Assembly: GCF_009914755.1 (NCBI RefSeq)
Contig: NC_060934.1
DNA: 64,000 nt
Reading direction: 5' to 3' (one strand)
DNA from: the human T2T-CHM13v2.0 reference genome, Homo sapiens
The notes under the pieces are model-generated. The model was not told where the DNA came from. It did not search any database and saw only the letters and a list, made by a program, of their open reading frames with translations. Position 1 is the stretch's first letter, and the number at the start of each line of letters is the position of its first letter. Below are positions 43,676 through 54,964 of this stretch, piece by piece. The position numbers and the translations under genes are program-made.

Positions 43676-45699
43676 CCACTTTTATTCTTGTCCCCCGAGA
43701 CTCAGTCATAGCCCTGAATAAGCATATCCTTCCTCAGTCTCTCTAGGGATTGTAGCTTTCCTGCTACTGAGTGTCTTCTGTTTCCACTCTTCTCTGTGAC
43801 TTGTGGTTTCTGCTGTTTTATGACCTCCGCATGTTGAGTTTTCTCTGTGTGCCTTTGGCTTCCATATCACTCTCTTGATTTCTGACTCTTGGAAGTATTG
43901 AAGCTCCTTGAGAATGTCATTGGTTTAGTCGCTTCCTGTCCAGCATAGAGCATCCTGCCCGGCAAGGCTGTCCTGTCAGGCTACTCCCGAGGCCTGCTGG
44001 TTTTTGGCAGGTGGCTTGGCTCAGGCACCAACCTCTTGACCAATCAGCCTTGGCCGTGATAGTGGGTCTCACAGAACACAGTATGGTGACCTTGGCAGAA
44101 ATCATTTCCCATGGCTGCTTTTCTCAGAAGGAGGCTACGGACATGTGGACGTGCTCAGCTTTCAAAGTGGCTGTGTGACTGGCACTGTGCAAAGCCCTGG
44201 AGTTCAGTGGAAAAGCTGTAGTTCCTTCTGTGTACAGTTTTTGCTTAGGTGTGTTTGTTGCTTGGCCCATGTAATGCAGGACTCCCTGGCCTGGGCAGAT
44301 CTCATTTCGTGATTCTCCTCACTTTGAGAAGCTCCTAACAGAGCCATCACGATTTTTTGAGTCTACTGGTGTGTTTAAAAATTTAAAAATGACTAAAGCA
44401 GCTTACAGTTATGGCAGTATAAATGTTTACATATAATTGCTTTTAACTCCTTTGGCTATTCATAAAAGAATTACAGTATTTATAAAACTATTACTCATAT
44501 GCACTTCAGTAAGGGGACACAAGCTTACAGGGTTGTAGGATGACTGTCTTTATTCTGTCTGCCAGAGGATATTGTGACCATATGTGTGTAGGTTTATTTG
44601 GGGATACCATCAAATGGCTTAAGTTCAGGACCTTTGTGAATGTGACTCCAAACCAAATGGTGCTTCTATCTACTCCAAATTTGCTCCCCTTTCATTCCTT
44701 GAAAGGATTTGAGGCCAGAGGTACAGGCTCTTCAAGGATTTCATTAAACTTATGTGATTCTGTATGTTCTCATTTCAAAACCCAGTTAAATTACATAAGT
44801 TAGGTGGCCTACATTCCTTTAAAAACTCCCTTTGACTTGATAGGGATGAGTAAGCAACATTCCGTGCCTAACACTGTGCGAGGGTTCCCCAGAGAACACG
44901 AAACTAATCAAGGTGTAGGATGTTGCTTCTACGAAGTTCCCAGTTGGTATAACTCATTGGTCATAATCACCTTGTGTTGTGTGAGCTTTTTTTGTTTTTT
45001 CTCAGCTGTGGGTTGTAGGCATTTGAGTGGTACTGCCCACAGCCTGCACCTTGCTGGCCCTCCTCCATGTGTACTGATTCTAGAATTCCTCCTCGACTTG
45101 TGGCTTTTATGGTTTCCACGTGCCTTTCAATAATGCCGGCTGTTTTCCCCTCCTGCTGCTCTGCTGGTGTTGCCTAAGGTGCATGTGGCCTCCGCGAACC
45201 GTGAAGGCTTTTAAAGAAACTTTTACTTTCATAATGTACTTTTTAGTGTTTTCAATTTCACAGGCCCATTGCTGTTTGGGAAGCAAATGATTTATGAGGA
45301 GTTTCCAGAGAATTGATTTCTTGAGATCTGGGTGATCCTTGGCAACGGGATAGGGTTTTTCTGCCTAGTTACTGCAGGGTAAAAACAGAAGAAAACAAAT
45401 TGAAAGGCCTGACTTGAGAGAAGTTTTATTTATCTGGCTTTGACAGATCAAATAAAATCAGTGAAATTTAGTTATTTTATTTTTGGATTCTTGGAATTCA
45501 CCCAGATACTCCTGATTGAAGAAAAGGATGTTTTTTGTTTGTTTTTGGAACAGTCACTTTTCTATATCAGAGAAAATTTGAAGCTGAAAAGCTTTATCTG
45601 TCCTTTGTCATCTTTGTGTTATTTAAAGGATTGGATTTTTTTTCTATTTTTTAAAAAATGAGTTATTACTGCAAATTCTAGAAATTTAGGATGGGCAAT

Positions 45700-46850
45700 T
45701 TATTTTATTTTTTAAAAAGTTTATAATTGACATAACTGTACATATTTATGGGGTACAACATGTTTCAATAGTTGTATACATTGTGAACTGATTAAATCAG
45801 AGTAATTAGCATATCTATCACCTCAAACATTATGTCTTTGAGATGAGAACACTCATAAACCCCTCTTCTAGCTTTTTTATTTTTAAGACAAAGTCTCACT
45901 CTGTCACCCAGGCTGGAGTGCAGTGGGGCAATCTCGGCTCACTGCAACCTCTGCCTCCTGGGTTCCAGAGATTCTCATGCCTCAGCCTCCTGAGTAGCTA
46001 GGATTACAGGCGTCTGCCACCATGCTGGGCTAATTTTTGTGTTTTTAGTAGAGACGGGGTTTCACCATGTTGGCCAGGCTGGTCTCAAACTCCTGACCTC
46101 AGGTGATCCACCTGCCTTGGCCCCCCAAAGTGGGATTACAGCTTCTAGCTATTTTAAAGTATACAATATGGCATTGTTTAGTCATCCTGCTTTGCAGTAG
46201 ACCACCAGAATGCATTCCTCCTAACTCACTGTAGTCTCTCATCATCTCCTCACTCACCACTCTCCATCCTTTGGTAACCACTATTCTACTCTCTACTTCT
46301 ATGAGAACAATGTTTTAGATTCCACATATGAGTGAGATCATGAGATATTTGTCTTTCTGTGGCTAGTTATTTCACTTAATGTAATGTCCTCCAGGTTCAT
46401 CCATGTTGCCACAAATGACAGGATTTTATTCTTTTTTATGGCTGAATGGTATTTCATTGTGTATATGCACACTATATTTTCTTTATCGATTCAGGTATTG
46501 ATAGATATTTAAGTTGATTCCATATTTTGGCAATTGTGAATAGTGCTGCAATGAACATGGGAATGTACATATCTCTTCTACATACTGATTTCATTTCCTT
46601 TGGATATACACCCAGCAGTGGGATTGCTAGATCATATGTTAGTTTTATTTTTAGCTTTTTGAGGAACCACCATACTGGTTTCCGTAATGGCTGTGCTAAT
46701 TTGCATTCTCACCAGCAGTGTGTAAGGGTTCCCATTTCTCCACATCTTTGTCAACACTTATCTTTTGATTTTTTGATAGTAGCCACTCTGACTGGAGTGA
46801 GGTGATGTCTCACTGCAGTTTTGATTTGCATTTCCCTGATGAGTGATGTT
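45700..46850 (-). mobile_element. L1MA 3' end (ORF2 C-terminus plus 3'UTR), split by Alu
   Basis: actgtacatatttatggggtacaac...ttccacatatgagtgagatcatg...cagcagtgtgtaagggttccc. Confidence 0.88.
45874..46141 (-). mobile_element. AluS, slightly 5'-truncated
   Basis: TSD cttctagct at 45865-45873 and 46142-46150. Confidence 0.93.
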
Positions 46851-47068
46851 GGGCCCCTGTTCATATAGCACCCGGTGCCTTATTTTGTACATTTGGTGAG
46901 GTCTTGGTTCCCTGAATATTATTATTGATACTTGTGGGCATGTGACAAGTCTGTGTGTCGAAAGACTAGGTATTTATTCCAGTCTTCAAAGACTGACGTT
47001 GTCCCCGTCCTTCCAGAGCCTCTAAGCCTTCTGTTACCGTCTCTGAACCTCTTTCACTGCTGCTGTTT

Positions 47069-47151
47069 CAGCACTAGATGGCACCCTAAGCCCACGTTTG
47101 CCACAAGTCCGTGGTTTGTGTGTTGCCACATTTTCAGCACTAGAGGGCGCG
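47069..47151 (+). promoter_or_regulatory. Two tandem CTCF-like motifs
   Basis: cagcactagatggcacc (47069-47085) and cagcactagagggcgcg (47135-47151) match CCASYAGRKGGCRS except at the first base; 66 bp apart. Confidence 0.55.
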
Positions 47152-48050
47152 CTGAGCCCAGGTGTGCCTGTGACCTTGTTTCCGAGGGACCTAAAAAGCT
47201 TCGGTGAGTTTCCGCCTTAGGCTGGGGCAGGTCCAGATGCTCCATTCCGGCGCTGCAGAGTTCTGCCTAGCTCTGGGCTTCACTTTGGTGGGTCCAGCAC
47301 TGGGCTCCAAGGCAACGTCTTGAGGCTACTTCTCTCTCCTTTCCCTAAGCAGACGCTGCCTCTCTTTGTGCCCGGCGGCCTGGGGTTGGGGGAGGGATGG
47401 GACGGCAGCGCCGTGGCCACCACAGCTGACCGACGCTGGGCCACACCCGGAGTCCGCAGCTTCCGAGACCAGCCCAGCACAGGGCTACTCCCCAGGCTCA
47501 CGCGGCTGTGGCCTGCCTGCCACCGAGGCAGCTGGCGCCGAGGCGGCCCAGAGCACGAGGCCGCCACACCGGGCCGCGGGTCCCCCAAGCGACTCCGTCC
47601 GCAGGCTCCAGCCTGGGGTTATCTGGTTCTGCCACACGGAGGAAACCAGCCAATGTCGGATTTCACAGTGGCTCGTGGGGGCCAGTGCTGAGTTCCAAGA
47701 CAAAGTCCTGCACTGAGCGCTTTCCCCTTCCCCAGCGGACGGAGTCGCTCTCTGCACTGTGCTGCCCAGCTTTGGGGGCGGGATGGTGGAGGCAGCAACG
47801 TGGCCACCAAGGCTGACCTTAAGGGGGATCGCACCCACAGTGCACGGCTGGGGCCGGCATATCCCCGGCCTGCCTGCCTCTAGTTCACGTGTGGCCGAAG
47901 CCCCTGGAGACGCCCTCAGCCGTGCAGGCCGGACATGAGCCCATCCCACCAGGACCAAGGCCTGGCACCCGGGAGGGTCCAGACGATCCATCTGCAGGCC
48001 CTGGCCTGGGATGGGGACCTGGAGTTCTGCCCGGTACCAGGCTCCACGTC
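47140..48050. promoter_or_regulatory. CpG-island-like GC-rich segment
   Basis: Hand count about 56 CpG in 47101-48060, about 43 in 47341-47940; GC box gggggcggg near 47774; ccaat near 47650. Confidence 0.65.
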
Positions 48051-49573
48051 AAAATCCTGCACTCACTCCACTCTCCCTCCTTGAAGCAAGCAATGCCTCT
48101 CTCCAAGCTTCCAGGCTTGGAATTAGGGGAAGGGTGAAGCAGGCAGTGAGACTCTGTCCTTCCTAGCCTCTTCAATGTGTCTTTTCTTATTATTGTGCTA
48201 AAACCAGGCACTGAGAGCTCTTACCTGATTTCCTTAGCTCTTGTGAAGGTACCTTCCCACATGGGTACGTGTTCAAAAGGATGTTTCTATGGGAAATGAT
48301 CACTGGAGTATTCTTTTTGGCCACCTTGCTCCACCCCCAATTTTTGAAGACTCTTGGACTATTACAGCCAAAAGGGAGCTTCAAAATCACTTTCTTTGGT
48401 TTCTAGCTTTTTCCTTATGAGAGATAGCCATTGCTACCCAGAACTCTGTGATTGGAAAGCTTTAAGTCTATCAAAAAATCGTTGGACAAATTAACCAAAT
48501 GCATGCAGAGTTGCTGATCTAACTTGTTACCAAGAAGAATAGCTTAACAGAAAGAAACTTTTTCTAGTGGGCTTGTAAGGGTTGATGACAAAAAAAACTA
48601 GAAAGTTTTAAATTATTATTTAATGAATTACTTTCAAAATTCAGAAAATATCAACGACCCCTATACCTCCAGCATCCCCAGTTTTATGAACCACTAATAG
48701 AGTTTGTTCAACCATTATAGGGGATAAAATTGAGGTCTCAGAAATACTAAATAATGTTAGCAAATGTCACGTAGCGCTTTTCTTTTCAAAATCAATTGGA
48801 GTGATGTCATTAATATGCAGTAATTATAGCTCTTGTAGCCTTTCAGTTGGGGTGTAGCCCAGAGTTTGCACGATTTATATTGAACTGTCAAAAAAAGTAA
48901 GCCTGAGTCTTTCTCTCAGTCTCTCTCTCTCCCCCACCACGCCCTCCCACCCTTTTTCTCACCTCTTATCTCTTATATTCTATCATTTTAATGCCATTGT
49001 ATGTATTTATATTTTAGCTTCATATTGACATCCTCCCAGTGACAGAGGAGTACAGGAAATGATGCAGGTGCAAGGTGCTTACAGTCCAGAGGAAAGGGTG
49101 TGAAGCAAGAATGAGAAAGCCTGAGGGAACCATGCAGATATCCTGTGAGTCTTTCTCTGGGGCTGTGTGGCCTAACATCCCCAGGTTTCTTGGGCCTCTG
49201 CTTCATCCCTTTCTCCCTGCAGACTCTCTCCCCTTGCTTCCAGTGCAGTGAAAAAGGTGGTTGTCCTTCAGGTCAGGTGCTCTACACAGAATGATCAGAG
49301 CTTTGGTATCAACTCCTTATTCATAAGAGAGAAAATCTGATTTGCCGTCTTGGGTCAGGTGGCGGGATGTGTTCCTGGGAAAGTCTCAGAGGAGGGGAAT
49401 TGTGGATCCTTCTTCCTTCCAAGGTGTCTGTGTCATGGGTTTAGTGCTCTACAGTTCACAGAGTGCTTTTCCAGACATTAAGTACTCTGATTTTCACTAC
49501 AAGCTTGAGAGTGGATTTTACTAGTGCACTCGTTGTACACAGGAGGAAACTGAGGGTTACAGGGATTAGAGAG

Positions 49574-50031
49574 TGTACTAGTTTTTTAGGGCTGCAGTAA
49601 CAAAGTGTTATAAACAGAGTAGCTTAAAACAAAAGAAATTTATTGTCTGTCAGTTCCAGAAGTCCTAAATCAAAGTATCAATAGAATAGGTTCCTTTTAA
49701 GGTCCCTGAGGGCAAATCTGTTCCAGGCCCCTCTCCTTCTGGTGGTGGCTGGCCATCCTTGGCATTCCCTGGTTTGTAGCTGCGTCACCCCAATCTTGCC
49801 TCTGTCTTTATTTGGTGTTCTTCCTTCCTGTGTCTCTGTCCAGATTTCCCTCATCTTATAAGGATACTAGTCATATTGTATTAAGGGCCCGCCTTAGCCT
49901 AGTAAGACTTCGTAACTTAACTAACTACATTTACAAAGATCTCATTTCCAAATAATGTTTTCACATTCTGAAGAACTATGAGTGAGAACTTTAACCTGTC
50001 TTTCTGGGGGAACACAATTCAGTACATAATG
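49574..50031 (-). mobile_element. MLT1B/C-type solo LTR
   Basis: tgtactagttttttagggctgcagtaacaaag...ggggaacacaattcagtacataa. Confidence 0.8.
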
Positions 50032-50483
50032 GATAGTTTGCTCAAACTTTGGACTCAAACTCAGAACTCCTGAGTTTTCAATGGGAATCATTCTTTCCCT
50101 GGTTGATTGGGCAATATTAAAGCAGAAAACTACCATGGCTAATTAGCTGTCTACTATTTGTTGTTGAATCAAGCACTTATTCAAAATAAACAAAGCCACT
50201 GGCTACTTCATCACTTACATACTTAATCTTATACGATGTGAGGGCAGGAGTTTGGAAAGAAACAATTTTTGGTCAAACAGATAGTTCTATCTTTGATTAA
50301 GAAAAATAAAATGTTAAAAGTGTAAAAGTAAATCTTTATATGAGGATTGATACAATAAATATATTGGATGGTATTGCTGAATGGTTTCTATAAAGTGCCT
50401 TGATAATTTACTTTGAGCTTATTACAGTTTTCCTTGGCCCACCTGTAGGCTTAACACTGGATGCTTAAAAAGAAAACAAATCC

Positions 50484-51375
50484 AAAAGTATTTTTCCTTC
50501 TTCGGTGGCTAGCTATCCTGAGGGGAGGAAACTATGTCCTCATGCCTGCAGCTAACCATTGGAAATTACTTAAAACCCTTCACCAAACCTTTCACTTAGG
50601 TATTGATAACACCCATCAGATGGCCAAATCATTATTTACTGGACGAGGCCTTTTCAAAACTGTCAAGCAGATAGTCAGGGCCTGTGAAGTGTGCCAAAGA
50701 AATAATCCCCTGCACTGCAGTCTATACATTTAAATCCCTGTATCTTTAACCTCCTTGTTAAGTTTGTCTCTTCCAGAATCAAAGTTGTAAAACTACAAAT
50801 TGTTCTTCAAATGAAGCCCCAGATGCAGTCCATGACTAAGATCCACCGCGGACCCCTGGACAGGCCTGCTAGCCCATGTTCCGATGCTAGTGACATCGAA
50901 GGCACCCCTCCCGAGGAAATCTCAACTGCACGACCCCTACTATGCGCCAGTTCAGCAGGAAACAGTTAGAGTGGTTGTCGGCCAACCTTCCCAACAGCAC
51001 TTGGGTTTTCCTGTCGAGAGGGGGAACTGAGAGACATGACTAGCTGGATTTCCTAGGCCGACTAAGAATCCCTAAGCCTAGCTGGGGAGGTGACCGCATC
51101 CACCTTTAAACACGGGGCTTGCAACTTAGCTCACACCCAACCAATCAGGTAGTAAAGAGAGTTCACTAAAATGCTGATTAGGCAAAAACAGAAGGTAAAT
51201 AAATAGCCAATCATCTATCACCTGAGAGCACAGGGCGGGGGACAATGATCGGGATATAAATCCAGGCATTCGAGCAGGCAACGGCAACCCCCTTTGGGTC
51301 CCCTCCCATTTTATGGAAGCTCTGTTTTCACTCTATTAAATCTTGCAACTGCAAAAAAAAAAAAAAAAAAAAAAA
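50484..51375 (+). pseudogene. HERV-W (HERV17/LTR17) processed pseudogene, 5'-truncated and 5'-inverted
   Basis: Integrase HHCC fragment (HQTFH...CEVC), env tail 50736-50969, polypurine tract 51016-51027, LTR17 U3-R 51028-51353 without U5, attaaa 51335-51340, poly(A); flanked by aaaaca(a/g)atcc repeats. Confidence 0.93.
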
Positions 51376-52174
51376 CAGATCCAGATTCATTTTATGAGGC
51401 CAGAAAACAAAACAAATCCTCTAATTATTAGCACAGGTCAAAAGGAAAAAATGGAAGTGGCACTAGTTGCTGAGTTCTCTCTTCTTCTGCAGTAGGTCCC
51501 AGAATAGAAATTATTATTTTTCTATGATGGGCCAGGGCTAGAGTGACCATATAATTTATCATCCAAACTGGGAGGCTTTAGAAAATCAAAGAGGTGATTA
51601 AAAATCATTAAAATTATGTTCTCCAAAATTATTTGCTGACCATCAAATTGTTTTATTTTGTTGGTGAATTTATATAACCAATCCATTCAATAGCTATTTA
51701 AAAAATCTATTAAAAAATAAATAACATATCTATGAATTGTAAAGCAAAATAAAAACTTAATATTCAAATATCTGAATATTTAAAAACAATACAAGCAGTA
51801 TAATTCTTCCTGGTATATATTCATATATGTTGATCAGATTCTTAGCTATGTTTTCTCTAGTACTGTGTCACTGGAATTTTTCTGAAGAATTTTTTTAAAT
51901 ATAGTCTTATTCTTAAGACTATTTTAAACAAATTGCCTTTCATCTTCTTTAAAGTTGTGTCTTATGGTAATAAGTTGGCAATTGTTGCTTTTTTCAATTG
52001 CTCTTCTTGGTAGAGTATAATATTTTCCATCAATAAAATAAAATGATTTCTCTACAGATGCTAAGGTGCTTGGTAAAACAATAGCAAATGCAACTAAATG
52101 GTGTACACTTTCACTGCTTTTTTGGTATTTAAATGTGTAGGAAGTTTAGCCTAAATATTTTTAATTTTACAGGT

Positions 52175-52542
52175 ACTTTTGCTAGTATTTTACTGAGAAT
52201 TTTCACATCTATGTTCATCAATGATATTGGCCTGTGGTTTTCTTTTTTGTTATATCTGTCTGGTTTCACTATTACATTGGTACTGACCTCATAAAATGAA
52301 TCTGGAAGTATTCCCTGCTCTTCAATTATTTTTTGCATAGTTTGAATAGAATTGGTATTAGTTCTCTTTAACATTCCATAGAATGCAATAGTGAAACCAT
52401 AGGTCCTGAGCCTTTCTTTGATGGGAGACATTTTATTATGGCTTGGTTCCATTAGTTGTTATTGGTTTGTTGAGATTTTCTATTTCTCCCTGGTTCAATC
52501 TCAGTAGGCTGTTGTATCCAGGAATTTATCCATTTCTTCTAG
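52175..52542 (-). mobile_element. Inverted L1 ORF2 segment
   Basis: ORF 52129-52452 GILPDSFYE...[18 protein letters not shown] on the minus strand. Confidence 0.9.
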
Positions 52543-54962
52543 TAGGGAATACTTCCAGATTCATTTTATGAGGCCAATACTAACCTAATAGTGAAACCAG
52601 ACAAAGATATAACAAAAAAGAAAACTACAGGCCAATATCATTGGTGAACATAGATGTAAAAATTCTCAGCAAAATACTAGCAAACCAAATTCAACAGCAT
52701 ATTAAGAAGACCATTCACCATGATCAAATGGCACTCATCCCAGAGATGCAAGAGTGGTTAAATGTATGCAAATCTATAAACGTGATAAATCACATTAACA
52801 GAATCAAGAACATAAATTGCATTCAATACAATTCAAAATCCTTTATGATAAAACCCTTATTAAAATGGATATAGAAGGAACGTACCTCAAAATAGTAAAG
52901 TATATGTGACAAACCTATAGCTGACATTGTACCTTACAGGGAAAAATTGAAGGGCTTTTCTCTAAGGACTGGAACAAGACAAAGATGCCCATGTTCACAA
53001 CTGTTATTTAACATAATACTGGAAGTTCTGGCCAGAGCAATTAATCAAGGGAAATAAATAAAGGGCATCTAAGTTGGAAATGAAGAAGTCAAATTAGCCT
53101 TGTTTACAGATAGCATGATCTTATATTTGGAAAAACCTAAAGACTCACCAAAAAACTATTAGAACTGATAAATTTAGTAAAATTGCAGAATACAAAATCA
53201 ACACACAAAAATTAGTAGCATTTATATATGCCAATAACAAACAATCTGAAAAAATTAGAGAAAGCAACCCCATTTACAATAGCTACAAAGAATATGAAAC
53301 ACTTGGAAATCAATATAACTAAAGAAGTGAAAGATCTATACAAGGAAAACTATAAAACTCTAATAAAAGGAATTGAAAGAAAGCAGTTGAAGAGGACACA
53401 AAAACTGGAAAGATATTCAATGTTCAGGGATTGGAAGAATTAATAGTGTTAAAAGGCCAAAATTACCCAAGGCAATTTAAAGATTCACTGTAATCCCTAT
53501 CAAAATACCAATGACATTCTTCACACAAATAGAAAAAAATCCTAAAATTTATATAAAACCACAAAAGTTCCCAAATAGCTAAAGCAATCCTGAGCAAAAA
53601 GAACAAAGTTGGAAGCATCACAATACCTGACTTGAAAATTTACTACAAAGCTATAATAAGCAAAACAGCATGACACTGGCATAAAAACAGATGCATATTT
53701 CAGTGGAACACGATAGAGAACCCATAAATAAGTCCATGCATTTATAGCAAATTTATCCTCAACAGTGGTGCTAAGAACATACAATGGGGAAAGGACAGTC
53801 ATTTCAATAAATGGGAAAACTGGATAACTATATGCAGAGGAATGAAACTAGACCTTATCTCTCACAACATTCAATTCAAAATGAATTAATGAATTGAAGA
53901 CTTAAATCTAACACCTGAATATATGAAACTAGTAGAAGGAAACATTGGGAAGCACTTTAGGACACTAGTCTAGGCAAAGACTTTTATTTTCTCTAAGACA
54001 GAACTCAAAGGCACAGGCAACCAAAGCAAAAATAGACAAATGGGGTTATAACAAGCTAAAAAGCTTCTGCACAGCAAAGGAAACAATCAACAAACTGAAG
54101 AGACAACCTACAGAATGAGAGAAAATATGTGCAAACTGTCCGTCTGACAAGGAATTAGTAACCAGAATATATAAGGAGCTCAAACAACTTAGTGGCAAAA
54201 ACAAATAATCCGATTTAAAAATGGGCAAAAGATCTGAACAAACACTTCTCAAAAGAAGCCATACAAGTGGCCAAAAGGTTAACAAAAAAAATACTCAATA
54301 TAACTACTCATCAGAGAAATGCAAATCAATACCATGATGAGATATTATCTCACCCCAGTTAAGATGGCTTGTATCAAAAAGTCAGAGAATAACAGATGCT
54401 GGTGAGGATGTGCAGAAAGGGGACACTCATGTACTGTTGATGGAAATGTAAATTAGTACAGCCACTATGGAGAACAGCACGGAGATTCTTTGAAAAACTG
54501 AAAATAGAACTACCATATGACCCAGCAATCTCACTACTAGGTATACACTAAAAGAAGGAAAATCAATATATCAAAGAGACATCTGCACTCCCATGTTCAT
54601 TGTGGTACTATTCATAATATCCATAATATGAAATCAACCTAAGTGCCCAAAAATGAATGAATGGATAAAGAAAATGTGGTGTATACACACAACAGAATGT
54701 TATTGAGTCTTAAAAAGAATGAAATCATGTCATTTGCAGCAACATAGACGAAACTGGAAGCTATTATATTAAGTGCAATAAGCCAAGCACAGAAAAACAG
54801 GTATCACATGATTTCATATATGGGAGGTAAAAAAGTGAACCTCATGAAGATAGCAAGTAGAATGGTAGTTATCAGAGGATGGGAAAGATAGTGGGGAGAG
54901 GAAGAGGAAGGGAAAAGAAAAGAATATAAATTTAAAAATAAATAAATAAAAAATTTCAAAAA
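52543..54962 (+). mobile_element. L1MA (MA3-like) ORF2 RT to 3' tail
   Basis: [29 protein letters not shown] fragments; 3'UTR ctcatgaagatagcaagtagaatgg; A-rich tail. Confidence 0.9.
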
Positions 54963-54964
54963 AG

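Larger units (their letters stand above)
46860..48338 (-). mobile_element. Old L1M (L1M1/L1M2-like) 5' region
   Basis: Minus strand starts gggggtggagcaaggtggcc...ccagtgatcat, an L1M 5' terminus; internal repeat of about 390 bp. Confidence 0.7.

Noticed and set aside
47280-48211. Overlapping 100-168 aa ORFs
   Set aside because: Expected from stop-codon scarcity in GC-rich L1 5'UTR DNA; low-complexity P/A/G/R products
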